A DNA stretch of 64,000 nucleotides from Candidatus Micrarchaeota archaeon (GCA_016207165.1 JACQQD010000009.1:32001-96000); one strand, 5' to 3'; positions 10,701 to 18,453 are shown, numbered from the stretch's first letter. Made by a program: numbers and translations. The notes: generated by a model not told the origin, from the letters alone.

Positions 10701-11072
10701 AAGGGCGGGTACGGTTTGCTGGCCATTATTTTGGGGATTTTGGTGGCGGCTTTGTTCATTTTCGCTCTGCCGGCTTTGACGGGCGGATACACGGCACTGA
10801 TCATTGGTGGCGCCTCCATCGAGTTTTCCACGATTGGTTTGCTGGCTGGCGCGGCGATAGCTGGCGTGGGTTCCGGTGTGGGAGAGGTGGCTGGGGCGGT
10901 GGCGTCAAGCGTGATTCAGACGGTCAGCCAGGGCGCCATTGGCGTGGATTGCCAGTCGTGGGGTTTCTCGGGAGCGGTGGCGTACGCGTGCAAGGGAACG
11001 ATTTGGCAGATTTCCGCGGGCTTCGTCGCGCTTTTGTCTTGGATTCCCCGAAAGAAAAGGAAAGCCAATTAG
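4728..11072 (+). CDS. Giant (2114 aa) surface protein: N-terminal anchor, carboxypeptidase-regulatory-like beta domains, Cys-rich modules, C-terminal Gly-rich hydrophobic segments
   Basis: Long uninterrupted ORF; TM near residues 50-70; repeated PLDGALVEL/PVSGAQVSV...EGY modules; many Cys and NxS/T sequons. Confidence 0.85.
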   Translation: MLSDLLKPFLRFYFLLEEHYYKGLEAIEEKFSVPVFDSFVDPLESRGIPSFFVVILLFLLLAGSALVVLTQSQPAGLQVLVYGKTSSISGQPLDGALVELSDETGVLDSQKTRRGLVSFENLKSKAYTVRVTKEGFESGQRAANPVESNVVRLELSCQNAQTCAELEALARSGGGGGSVATSTPRPPGSGGGLTPGLTFSNPENGVDPESPVGRLLILVRDEDGNLLEGNAKVYDSKSGALIEDVPVSQGSGVLPSLRVGRKVFVNVFSTGFSPFLGKSKPIVIAPATNKVTVVLEAGGPTLSSGVRVVDPENAPVSGAQVSVYLADHSEVLYSDYSDAEGFVELELGEGSYFAVARAEGYLMNYSPRFEGGDTATIVLPLRGGGPGGGGCDGPCENEAHLNVHAVDDLGVDASYADVVLQQKTDFGSWFVVEPAEYAGASGRVLFTGLVPQSQVQVIATLYDLNGSAQATLVQGLNELEVVLSKPPFQVRAYAVDALANAYVSDARFDALVNGELVGQCQGNGCLLTVISAENVYVNASADGFVSSGNAFYLYEGLDSNVTLYLVNQSALEDVHVQWQGLYGSNGREVSELRPGRMYEARLQVFSKNADATGVVLDTQNDDAPVSGLTPNGFEQKGSYAGSCFAQDADFEYPRQAWVDVRYAGTVNGQVQFNFTLDPDITLDAATKTKVLELAYRAYVVRGSDYLRNPFDASLSTRPHEDHPSGCSGQTAVYVQNVTVKSDSTTCNALGCVTLNFRQGQRFAPTLFEADNQVLFNSTKLDPLYVFYTVEFFSGPTTSTRLVADWPDNRLVFINATHPVVGDSVLGNSKRCEFSDAKKQRSISLWASSLELDLRDLALCSNYAPPTRSRPLRFDGVAYARALEAGSSDVALTLSNGTDSVSQPASFSVSGFGVAANEFGIVEARLSQVQNALPDAAVFPVLSTGECTAAQVAGGTCDVGFVQADYRFTALSNSGFQSDVRASDGLQVHQNAAPQAASAGAPGTAVEGHALLLVPANEGLQWLNITKSLGNQATVLSRVITLDGGVSFNGSSPFPPGWDTCNGFVGIQYDPSKNPKLSLGQGCSDLGFRVTPVFPADAVFLNMSIPDFGRVVARAAATDGSHACYEVCEIDRNGFVYGCEGFGKSLFNNVQYLVRYNPELLDVCPSAYKVKGNRIAASQITVEFAYTGDQEASRNVTLHVLADNSDKSLYISPVYTFYGSSSEVLYPQLWSVTNYKQLGKRSIVFTQPGNIAVSFDGPGVKVFAVSQAGTVQAFEGSDRSAPIFDSANPQSPVKTVSKYGEALASSQQQFDVSTPYAEALSSALTESLSQNAFLQSEVAEKLSASVPRVAERTAYWRSSQVIRYCQQSQACVDSYYTLDGCCKESVEDWKNYTVRIDYRQESCTFCNNTFNPSCTDTSLEHLRGYLQCSYEATPSSSFQCDQRCTAKSLFPLDVQQGIDNQLGVGGTGITYDVLQGKYLSYGDSLGGRTCRVEFSSLNAFVKQGTTFTYYLPSQPKTEVLKEELERCLANGDCPLTLKPSANPSPLPFLGAQPAQLVQCVSDANQDGLHQFSESVVDASWQVQYRQFGGQIDKEFYKCPAGRIAAVAEVSFFFEARQNGVIASRTVATAADIERCRQGTCPFVVTPPNTPVVGGGVPICFADSNGNGFVETNRQSELSSLQPAVASGFQGGVYQCPSGTRLAVANFCVSSCENYCSAPNCDASLACLSSGVKNVPTGGTERLFNGWLNESPVVPVNLDASHLSRGKPNVPAAWFPDAFLESDGKPLFTHSYVVNSKTQPNSVASLTKVLSVQGCGPAGDYPYDQTLLPEQGLYEIRDYNVLDVSGSTWVAQANAVTLLRQNYLGDKSAVCRKPQWDTQLCEVSFVDSSSQYGGCFNSILQYQGSSKKLGADVPLVGGLGYGVKNGVGFGVAPNGHAFALFEPGYGEDKCEDKNKVHYDYQTLNHWNPDGKNTGDRKFTWRQDLGCHSDCGCKKGGYGLLAIILGILVAALFIFALPALTGGYTALIIGGASIEFSTIGLLAGAAIAGVGSGVGEVAGAVASSVIQTVSQGAIGVDCQSWGFSGAVAYACKGTIWQISAGFVALLSWIPRKKRKAN

Positions 11073-11109
11073 CCGGATTTTTGCGTTTTGGGGCGTTGCG
11101 GGTTTTTCC

Positions 11110-12600
11110 ATGGTTTTTTCCGTTTTTTCCCGGTTGGAGAAAAGCAAGGTGGGCGTGGCCCCGCTTTTTTTCGTTCTTTTGTCCGCGGTGCTGGCCCGCA
11201 TCGTCTTGGAGTGGGTTTTGGAGGCGGGCCACCAGTTGCAGTCTCCGGCGTCGTTGTTCTTGTTTTTGTCGTATTTTTCGGTGACGCTTTGCGGCGTCGT
11301 GCTTCTGCTTTGGCTTTTTTCCGGAAAGCCTTTGGTGGGGGTTGTCCGGGTGGTGGCGGGGTTTTCGTGGTTGCTTTGGGTGCCGCCGGTCTTTGACTTT
11401 TTGTGGTCAGGCGGGAAAGGGTATGCTTTGAGTTTCGTGTTTTCCGTCGCCGGCTTTTGGGAGGCTTTTTCCTCGTTTTGCGCGTCGTGCGTGGGGGTTT
11501 CGCCCGGACTTCAAGCCGAGGTTTTCTTGTTGTTGTTCGTCGCTTTCGCTTACGTTTTTTGGGCGTCAAAAAGTCTGTTTCGGGGGGTTTTAGCGGTTTT
11601 GGGGGTGTACGCGTGGGTGCTTTTCGGCGCCTTGTTTCCGGGTTTCTTGATGGGTTTTTTCGGGCATGCGTTCCAGGACGCGTTCTTGTTTAGGGAGACG
11701 TTGTCGGCGTATGCCGTGGCGTTGTCGGCTTTCTTTTTCGCGTTTTTGGCTTCAGACAAGAAAGTGGCGGCCGCGTTCTGGAGCCGGTTGCGGTTGGAGC
11801 GGTCCCTGCATTACGCGGGCGTGGCGTTGTTTGGGGCGGTGTTGGGTTTTTCGTTTTGGGAGCATTCGTTTCCAGGTGTTTTGCTGCCTTTGGCCGCTTT
11901 GCTTTTCAGCGTGTTTTTCGCGTTTGAGGCTGCGGTGTGGGTCAACGACGCCTTCGATGAACGCATTGACCGCATTTCAAGTCCGAAGCGCGTGAAACTG
12001 GCGTCGTTGCTTGAACCTTACCAGGGCTTTTTTCTGGCCGCCTTTTTGGTGTTAAGCTTGGTGGCCGGTTTGGCGGCAGGTTTTGGGGTCTGGTTGTGGG
12101 TGGGCTTTGCCTTGGCGTTGAGCGCCGCGTATTCGGTGCCGCCGCTTCGCCTGCGCTGGCATTTCCTGTCGTCAAGTCTGGTCATCGCCTTGTGTTCCAC
12201 CGTCGTTTTCGTGGCGGGTTTTTCTTTGGGGTTGCTGGAGCCGGAGACCGTGCTTGCGGTGGTGCCGGTGGAGTGGGTAGCCATGGTTTTTGGCTTCGTT
12301 TTCTTGGCGTCGCCTCTGGTCTGCCTCAAGGACGCGGACGGGGATAAAAAGGCGGGGGTATTGACGTTGGCGTCTTGGCTGGGTCTGAGGCGCGCCTGGT
12401 GGGCGGTGTTGGGGTTGACTGTGTCGGCCGTGGCGTGGGCGGCGTATTTCGCGGCGCTTTCCTGGGTTTGGGCGGCGTTGTTTGCCGTGGCGGTGGCGGT
12501 TTGCTTTGTTTGGACGCGGTTTGCCGCCGTCAAGTTGGAGCCGTTGGCGTTTTTGTTGGAGTACGCGTTTCTGGTTGTCGTGGCGTTGCACTTGGTATAG
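11110..12600 (+). CDS. UbiA-family prenyltransferase with extra N-terminal multi-pass membrane domain
   Basis: NDAFDERIDRIS and LKDADGDKKAGVLTL Asp-rich motifs, YSVPPLRLR; ATG 11110 chosen because the upstream extension overlaps the previous gene. Confidence 0.8.
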   Translation: MVFSVFSRLEKSKVGVAPLFFVLLSAVLARIVLEWVLEAGHQLQSPASLFLFLSYFSVTLCGVVLLLWLFSGKPLVGVVRVVAGFSWLLWVPPVFDFLWSGGKGYALSFVFSVAGFWEAFSSFCASCVGVSPGLQAEVFLLLFVAFAYVFWASKSLFRGVLAVLGVYAWVLFGALFPGFLMGFFGHAFQDAFLFRETLSAYAVALSAFFFAFLASDKKVAAAFWSRLRLERSLHYAGVALFGAVLGFSFWEHSFPGVLLPLAALLFSVFFAFEAAVWVNDAFDERIDRISSPKRVKLASLLEPYQGFFLAAFLVLSLVAGLAAGFGVWLWVGFALALSAAYSVPPLRLRWHFLSSSLVIALCSTVVFVAGFSLGLLEPETVLAVVPVEWVAMVFGFVFLASPLVCLKDADGDKKAGVLTLASWLGLRRAWWAVLGLTVSAVAWAAYFAALSWVWAALFAVAVAVCFVWTRFAAVKLEPLAFLLEYAFLVVVALHLV

Positions 12601-12689
12601 CAAGCCAAGAAAGTTTCCCGACTACTTTCTTGGCTTGCTAGACAGCAAGACCGGCCTATTTCGTCGTCTTATTTGCCGGTCTTGCTGTA
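12596..12689 (+). repeat. Double-hairpin element, diverged copy (94 bp)
   Basis: TA-TAGCAAGCCAAGAAAGT/ACTTTCTTGGCTTGCTA-GA-CAGCAAGACCGGC/GCCGGTCTTGCTG-TA; same architecture as the reverse complement of the 14796 and 21703 copies. Confidence 0.85.
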
Positions 12690-12739
12690 AGCTGACAACT
12701 CTTTTAAACGCGGGACTCGTCAAAGGCTTTGGAATCGAA

Positions 12740-13258
12740 ATGGACCTCAAGAAAATCATTCGGGAAATGCTCAAGAAGGGCATGTCCGAAGAGCAGGTCA
12801 AGGACAACCTCCGCGAATTGGGGGTGGAAAATCCCGATGAAGTCTTTGCCGAGGCCACCGAGCAAATGGCGGAGGTTCGGACTCCCGGGCGCTTGCCTCC
12901 GGATTCGCCTCCTGTAAAGCAAAGTGACGTCGGCATGCGGGAAGTCGGTTTATCCCAATCTGAAGAAGAAGGCGGGCACGACTTGTTTGAAGCGGAAGAA
13001 CAGCCCAAGGCCGACAAACCCGGGTTTTCGTTCACGCGCGTTTCCGGCGAAGGCGAACAAGAGGAGCACGTGGGCCGAAGCCGTCCGGCGGCGGAAAGTG
13101 TCGGCGACTTGATGCAGTCCGTCCCGGAAACGTCGCTTTCCGATTTGGATGCCGTGGAGCGGAAACTGGATCAAACCATTGCGTTGTTGGGGGCGCTTAA
13201 AGACGTCAACCAGAAGATTCTACAGGCCCAGCGGGATATATTGTTGCGGCTGAAATAA
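12740..13258 (+). CDS. Hypothetical protein: N-terminal helical module, acidic linker, C-terminal coiled coil
   Basis: MDLKKIIREMLKKGMSEEQVKDNLRELG start; heptad-like C-terminus; TTTTAAA box upstream. Confidence 0.7.
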   Translation: MDLKKIIREMLKKGMSEEQVKDNLRELGVENPDEVFAEATEQMAEVRTPGRLPPDSPPVKQSDVGMREVGLSQSEEEGGHDLFEAEEQPKADKPGFSFTRVSGEGEQEEHVGRSRPAAESVGDLMQSVPETSLSDLDAVERKLDQTIALLGALKDVNQKILQAQRDILLRLK

Positions 13259-13261
13259 CGG

Positions 13262-13684
13262 TTAGTGGTGGTTGTGCCGGGCGTGTTTCTTGATGTGGTC
13301 CAGCTCGCGCTCGATTTTGCTGAATTTTTTGTCGAGGTGGCTTTGCAGTGAGTCGAATTTTGGGTTGATTTTCTTGTGGATGCCGACGTTGCTGTAGTCG
13401 CTGGACAGCATGCTTTGCTCCACCATGCTGTTGACCAGGTGCGTGTAGAAGTTGTGGGCGGGCGAGTGCGTCGAAGTTTGAATGACTACGGGTTGCTGTG
13501 GTGCTAGGTCGATGACGGCTTTGCCGTCGCCCGCGTCCAGAATCGACGGTCCCCGGGAAGCGAAGCGCTCGGAGAGCACCAAGCCCACGGCCAGCAAGAG
13601 AAACGTCAAGACGATCCATTCGATGCCCGACAGGATGCCGACCACGGCTCCACCCAACAAACCGGCCAGCCAGTTGCGTTCCAT
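13262..13684 (-). CDS. Small membrane protein
   Basis: Two N-terminal hydrophobic helices; PVVIQ motif; abuts neighbouring genes. Confidence 0.75.
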   Translation of the reverse strand: MERNWLAGLLGGAVVGILSGIEWIVLTFLLLAVGLVLSERFASRGPSILDAGDGKAVIDLAPQQPVVIQTSTHSPAHNFYTHLVNSMVEQSMLSSDYSNVGIHKKINPKFDSLQSHLDKKFSKIERELDHIKKHARHNHH

Positions 13685-14059
13685 TTAGTGTCCCCCGTCT
13701 TTTTTGGGCGGGCGCAAGCCGAAGATCCATTGGACCAAAAAGTTGCCGACGTTGTGCCAAGCGGAACCGAAGTTGAAAAACGAGTACTCGAATTGCCGGT
13801 AGTCATGCCAGTCGTTTTTCAATTTAAACTTGATGAGTTTGGGCACGTCCGGCATCTTGTTTTCCACGATGATGGGGCCTTCAGGGCCATAGGGCTCCGA
13901 AATCTTGAGGTTGGCGGGCCCCGCGTCCTTCTTGGAGAAGCTGGAACTCAACAGCGCCAAGACCATCAAGGCAAAAACCAGTACCGCCAGAAACGTCAAC
14001 CCGCTTTGAAGGAAGAAAAAGCCGAGGGCCGCCAACACCAAGATCAAGACGAGGTTCAT
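13685..14059 (-). CDS. Small membrane protein (paralogue of 14063-14422)
   Basis: Two TM helices then PIIV...P..IK.....W motif and amphipathic C-terminal helix. Confidence 0.75.
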   Translation of the reverse strand: MNLVLILVLAALGFFFLQSGLTFLAVLVFALMVLALLSSSFSKKDAGPANLKISEPYGPEGPIIVENKMPDVPKLIKFKLKNDWHDYRQFEYSFFNFGSAWHNVGNFLVQWIFGLRPPKKDGGH

Positions 14060-14062
14060 GGC

Positions 14063-14422
14063 TTAGTGGTCACCTGCCTGTGTTTTTCCTGTTTTTCCGG
14101 TGATGATGCGGGCTACGATGCGAAAGGGCCAGGCCACCGCTCCACCCAAGTACGTCAAGAAGTCCGAGTAGCCGTCGGAGCCGTCCCAGGTGTGCTTGGC
14201 CGCAAGTTTGATGGTGTCGGGAATGGCGCCGCCGGAACTCGTCACGATGATGGGGCGCTGTTTTTGCGCGGCGGAAAGACCGGCGGCCCCCGATGGCGCG
14301 GTTTTGGACGTGAGGGCGCTGAGGATGCCGACGAGAAACACGACCAACGCGACGAACGGCAGGCCGACTTCCAACAAAACGTAGGCGATGCCGAACAACA
14401 AGGCGACGACGATTAAACTCAT
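14063..14422 (-). CDS. Small membrane protein (paralogue of 13685-14059)
   Basis: Two TM helices then PIIV...PDTIK...TW motif. Confidence 0.75.
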   Translation of the reverse strand: MSLIVVALLFGIAYVLLEVGLPFVALVVFLVGILSALTSKTAPSGAAGLSAAQKQRPIIVTSSGGAIPDTIKLAAKHTWDGSDGYSDFLTYLGGAVAWPFRIVARIITGKTGKTQAGDH

Positions 14423-14458
14423 GGGATAATGGTAAGGGGGTTTGCGGTTAAAAACCGT

Positions 14459-14770
14459 TTAGCCGTACATGCCGCCGCCGGGCATGTAGCCTTGGGGCGC
14501 CGGGTTGTCGCTGTCTTGGCGGGCCAAAAGCAGCATGATCAGAAACAGTCCGCCCAGGACCGCCAGGGTGACGGGGTTGTCCAGGGACGACGAAAACCCG
14601 CCCAAGCTGACGATGGCCACCAGTGCGCCGCCGATGACGGTGGCGATGAGCAGATACTTGCTTTTGGAGGTAAACACCAGGATCACTAAAAGGGCGATGG
14701 CGACGAGGTCCAAGCCGCTTTTGAGCGCCAAAAGCATGAGGATGATGATGAACAGGAACGTGAAATCCAT
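14459..14770 (-). CDS. Small multi-pass membrane protein
   Basis: About four hydrophobic segments and a Gly/Pro/Met tail. Confidence 0.75.
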   Translation of the reverse strand: MDFTFLFIIILMLLALKSGLDLVAIALLVILVFTSKSKYLLIATVIGGALVAIVSLGGFSSSLDNPVTLAVLGGLFLIMLLLARQDSDNPAPQGYMPGGGMYG

Positions 14771-14795
14771 GCCAGAACTACGCGGACCGCGTTTT

Positions 14796-14890
14796 TATAG
14801 CAATCCCCGAAAGCAACGCGACAAAATAGTCGGGGATTGCTATCTAGCAAACGGCGCGAAAGTTTCGGGAAACTTTCGCGGTTTGCTATA
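14796..14890 (-). repeat. Double-hairpin element (95 bp) with TATAGCAA/TTGCTATA inverted ends
   Basis: 93/95 identical to 21703-21797, both differences in a loop; two long stems. Confidence 0.95.
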
Positions 14891-14899
14891 ATGGTCCCG

Positions 14900-15217
14900 C
14901 TAGAGGTCGTGGGTGTTGGCTTCATAGGGCTGGCCGAAGCCACCCTTGGACTCCGTGACGCTCAAGGGCTCGGTGAGGCCCCACTCCCAGGGGCGGAAGC
15001 CCCAGAAGAATCCGTAACTAAACAAGCCCAAGAACATGATCCACTTGACGATGGGGTACGGAATGACTAAAACGAACGTGATGACGATGGTTACAAGCAA
15101 CGCGACGACTTTGTTGTTGATGATTTCCGGGTAGAAAAGCCGCGAATACATCATGAAAAAAACGATGAGGGTAGCCACGAAGTCGAAGGCCTCCAAAAGG
15201 GCAAGCGGCGCCGCCAT
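14900..15217 (-). CDS. Small membrane protein
   Basis: Three hydrophobic segments; ATG at 15217 follows an AT-rich promoter region. Confidence 0.7.
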   Translation of the reverse strand: MAAPLALLEAFDFVATLIVFFMMYSRLFYPEIINNKVVALLVTIVITFVLVIPYPIVKWIMFLGLFSYGFFWGFRPWEWGLTEPLSVTESKGGFGQPYEANTHDL

Positions 15218-15224
15218 GGATGAT

Positions 15225-15247
15225 TTTAAAGGACAGCAACCTTTAAA
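15225..15247. promoter_or_regulatory. Palindrome TTTAAAGG-N7-CCTTTAAA in a divergent promoter region
   Basis: Perfect 8-bp inverted repeat between divergent genes, overlapping TATA-like boxes. Confidence 0.4.
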
Positions 15248-15316
15248 TATAATGTTACCACCCATTAGTGTAAATAACTTTGTCGGGGCTCTTTTCGGGC
15301 CAAAAAGGATTGTTCC

Positions 15317-15610
15317 ATGGGTCTGGACACCACCACGGAAACCGCGTGGATGCTCATGACGTTCGCCCTGGTGCTGGGCTTTCTGTCAGCGGGGCCCATC
15401 AGCGATTCGCCGTTTGTGTGGGCGCCGGCCATGCTTATCACCGTTCCTTTTAACGCCTACATCGCGTTTGCCGACGGGTTTCCGCTCTTGGCGCCCCTGT
15501 TCTTTCTGGCCTTCATCTATTACTTCTTGAAGATCCTGGATCCAGCCGTGGGACAAGGCCTAGTCATGTTCATCGTGTTTGCCGTTCTGGCCGTATTGAC
15601 GGGCCTATAG
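15317..15610 (+). CDS. Small multi-pass membrane protein
   Basis: Highly hydrophobic 97-aa ORF. Confidence 0.7.
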   Translation: MGLDTTTETAWMLMTFALVLGFLSAGPISDSPFVWAPAMLITVPFNAYIAFADGFPLLAPLFFLAFIYYFLKILDPAVGQGLVMFIVFAVLAVLTGL

Positions 15611-15650
15611 CGGCAATAGGTTTTTCTTTTCCCTCCTTCTTTTGTTTTCC

Positions 15651-16265
15651 ATGAAGCCCAGTCCCCTTCACGCGCTTTGGGCCCTGTCCGCCCGCGCCAT
15701 GGCCTCTTCCGTCGAGCTTTCCGCCACCTTGGGCGTCTCCCAACAGACGGCATCTCGGTGGCTGTCCGAACTGGTTGACGAAGGATTCATTGAACGCGCC
15801 GCCGGCGCCTACCGCGTGACAAACGCCGGAAGGAAATACCTCCAGCAGTTGTCCCCGCAGGCGCCCAAGCAGATCACGGGCCGCGTCTTCACGGGTCTGG
15901 GAGAAGGCCGCTACTACCTGTCCCAAAAAGGCTACCAAGACCAGTTCGAGGCTTTGCTGGGTTTCAAGCCGTACCCGGGCACCTTGAACCTGCGCCTGGA
16001 TGACGCGGAAAACCGGCAGGCCAACGTGGCTCTGCGCGCCCAACCGGGCCGGTACCTGCGTGGCTTTTCCGTCAAGGAGCGGACCTTTGGCGGGGCCCGC
16101 TGCTATGCCTGCCGCATCAGTGGCCGCCACCTTGGCGCCGTGATCGTTCCGGAGCGCACGCACTACCCTGAGGACGTGGTCGAGCTTTTGTCGCCTTTCT
16201 TCCTTCGCAAAAAGCTGGGCCTCAAAGACGGCGACGCCATCCGCGTTGTACTCAAAAACGAGTAA
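15651..16265 (+). CDS. ribK: CTP-dependent riboflavin kinase with N-terminal wHTH (RbkR-type)
   Basis: ELSATLGVSQQTASRWL HTH; GRVFTGLGEGRYY, PYPGTLN, PERTHYP, LRKKLGLKDGD. Confidence 0.93.
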   Translation: MKPSPLHALWALSARAMASSVELSATLGVSQQTASRWLSELVDEGFIERAAGAYRVTNAGRKYLQQLSPQAPKQITGRVFTGLGEGRYYLSQKGYQDQFEALLGFKPYPGTLNLRLDDAENRQANVALRAQPGRYLRGFSVKERTFGGARCYACRISGRHLGAVIVPERTHYPEDVVELLSPFFLRKKLGLKDGDAIRVVLKNE

Positions 16266-16325
16266 CTACCTTTTTTTGGGTAACGCTTTTATTGGACCGC
16301 GGCCTAAATGCGTCGGGGACTTTTT

Positions 16326-16787
16326 GTGGCCAAACCAAGAATTGCCGTAGTCGACACCACGTTTTCCAGGGTGGACATGGGCGCCTTGGCGCTTTTGGCG
16401 TTGAAGGAGTTTGACGTGGACACCGTTCGCGTGACGGTTCCAGGAATCAAGGACTTGGCCGTCGAGTGCAAGCGCCAACTGGATGCGGGAGCCGACGTTG
16501 CTTTGGCTTTGGGCATGGTGGGCGGCGCGGACATTGACCGCCAATGCGCGCACGAGGCGTCCCTGGGAATCCAGTTTGCCAAGCTGTTGACCAACAAGCA
16601 CATCGTCGAGGTGTTCGTGCACGAAAAAGAGGCCCGAAACGAATCCGATTTGAAGTCTTTGTTTGTCGACCGCACCCAAAAACATGCCGAGAATGCGGCG
16701 CGCCTGGTCTTGCAGCCCGATTGGTTCACCCGACGCGCGGGAAAAGGACTGCGTCAGGGCCGCGACGACGTGGGGTCCATTTCATGA
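16326..16787 (+). CDS. ribC: Riboflavin synthase, archaeal type (lumazine synthase paralogue)
   Basis: VDTTFSRVDMG, TVPGIKDL, HEASLG, HIVEVFVHEKEA, AGKGLRQG; start may be GTG 16326 or ATG 16308. Confidence 0.92.
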   Translation: MAKPRIAVVDTTFSRVDMGALALLALKEFDVDTVRVTVPGIKDLAVECKRQLDAGADVALALGMVGGADIDRQCAHEASLGIQFAKLLTNKHIVEVFVHEKEARNESDLKSLFVDRTQKHAENAARLVLQPDWFTRRAGKGLRQGRDDVGSIS

Positions 16788-17248
16788 ACGAGTTTGAGCG
16801 CGTGGGTTTGGCCGTCAAGCAGAATGCCCAAAAGCCGGTTCGCGTGGCCATTGTCCGCTCGCTTTTCCGGGATGACTTGACGCAGGCCATGGAGGCCTTG
16901 GTGCGAACGCGTGCGCCGGAATTGAACGCGGAAATCACGGAAACTTTTTTGGCCCGGGGAGTCCTGGAAACGCCTTTTCTGGCTCGCCACGCCTTTCAGG
17001 ACGAAGCGGTGGACGCGGTGGTGGTCCTGGGCGTAGTCATTCGGGGGGAAACGGACCATGACCGCGTGGTGGTGGAACACGCCACCCGCGCCTTGGTGGA
17101 GTTGAGCTTGAAATCGGGAAAGCCGGTGGGCGTGGGAATCATCGGGCCCGGCGTAAGTCTGGGGGGCGCGGAAAAAAGAGTGACGGAGTATGCAACCGGC
17201 GCATTGGATGCCGTGGTGTGCTCCTGGAATTCGGTGCATGGACGATGA
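16784..17248 (+). CDS. ribH: 6,7-dimethyl-8-ribityllumazine synthase
   Basis: DAVVVLGVVIRGETDHD, KPVGVGIIGPG; ATGA overlap with ribC. Confidence 0.9.
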   Translation: MNEFERVGLAVKQNAQKPVRVAIVRSLFRDDLTQAMEALVRTRAPELNAEITETFLARGVLETPFLARHAFQDEAVDAVVVLGVVIRGETDHDRVVVEHATRALVELSLKSGKPVGVGIIGPGVSLGGAEKRVTEYATGALDAVVCSWNSVHGR

Positions 17249-18453
17249 ACGAAGGGATGGCCAACGCGTTGCAGGATTTGCGGGAAGGCAACATGGTGGT
17301 GTTGGTGGACGCCCACCGGGAAGCCGAGGGAGACGTGATGATGGCCGCGCAGAAGGCTAGGCCCGAGGACTTGGCGTTCATGCTGCGGCACGCACGCGGA
17401 TTCATTTGCATGACCTTGCGCGAGTCGCGGAGAAAAGAGTTGCGCATTTCCCGGATGGTGCCGCACAACACGGACCGCTTCCAGACGCCGTTTCTGGTTT
17501 CCGTTGGCGCGAAAACAGGTGGATCCGGCACGTCGGTGCACGACCGCCTCCAAGCGGCCAAACACGTCATGGATCCGGCGACCCATCAGGACGACTTGAC
17601 GGTTCCAGGCCACTTGCACCTTCTTTCCGCGAAGGATGACGGCGTTTTGTCGCGTTTAGGGCATACCGAGGCGGCCACGGACTTGGTGGCATTGGCGGGT
17701 TTGTCGCCGTACGCGTTTGTGTGCGAAATCATGAACGACGACGGCTCCATGGCCGACGCTTCCCAACTGAGGGCTTTTGCTGAAACGCATGGCTTGTCCA
17801 CGGTGACTTTGGAGGACGTGGTGGCATTGCGCAAGACCCATGTCCTTCCTGTTCAAGCCGATGCGCCTTGCTGCGTGGCGCGCGTGTCCGAGGCCAAACT
17901 TCCAACTCCTTTTGGCGACTTCACCATCTACGCGTATCGCGACGATGTGGAGTCAAAGACGCACTTGGCGTTGGTCAAGAAACCGCTTGGAAAACCTGTT
18001 TTCGTGCGGATGCATTCCAAGTGCGTCACCGGCGACGCGCTTTTTTCGGCGCGCTGCGATTGCGGGCCTCAACTGGAAGCCGCGTACCGCGTCATTTCAA
18101 AAAAGGGCGGCGTGATTCTGTATTTGGACCAGGAGGGCCGCGGCATCGGCTTGGAAAACAAGATCAAGGCGTACGCCTTGCAGGATGGGGGTTTGGATAC
18201 AGTGGAGGCCAACCACCAACTGGGCTTGCCGGTGGATGCGCGAGAGTACGCGGCGGCCGCGTGCATGTTGTTGGACCTCGGCATTTCGTCGGTGACGTTG
18301 TTGACGAACAACCCGCTGAAAGTCCGGGGCCTGGAGAAAAACGGGGTGGCGGTGGCCCAACGCGTTGCGCTGGAGACGGCGCCCACGCCCCAGAACCGTT
18401 CGTATCTGTCCACGAAGAAATCCAAGTTGGATCACGCGTTGACCAAGTTATGA
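17245..18453 (+). CDS. ribBA: Bifunctional DHBP synthase / GTP cyclohydrolase II (bacterial type)
   Basis: REAEGD, GHTEAATDL, CEIMNDDGSMA; RMHSKCVTGD...RCDCG, QEGRGIGL, LLTNNP. Confidence 0.95.
   Translation: MNEGMANALQDLREGNMVVLVDAHREAEGDVMMAAQKARPEDLAFMLRHARGFICMTLRESRRKELRISRMVPHNTDRFQTPFLVSVGAKTGGSGTSVHDRLQAAKHVMDPATHQDDLTVPGHLHLLSAKDDGVLSRLGHTEAATDLVALAGLSPYAFVCEIMNDDGSMADASQLRAFAETHGLSTVTLEDVVALRKTHVLPVQADAPCCVARVSEAKLPTPFGDFTIYAYRDDVESKTHLALVKKPLGKPVFVRMHSKCVTGDALFSARCDCGPQLEAAYRVISKKGGVILYLDQEGRGIGLENKIKAYALQDGGLDTVEANHQLGLPVDAREYAAAACMLLDLGISSVTLLTNNPLKVRGLEKNGVAVAQRVALETAPTPQNRSYLSTKKSKLDHALTKL

Noticed and set aside
17868-18449. N-terminal extension of the 551-aa ORF suggesting a RibD fusion
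   Set aside because: Overlaps ribBA in another frame; the likely start is ATG 18450 with an ATGA overlap.
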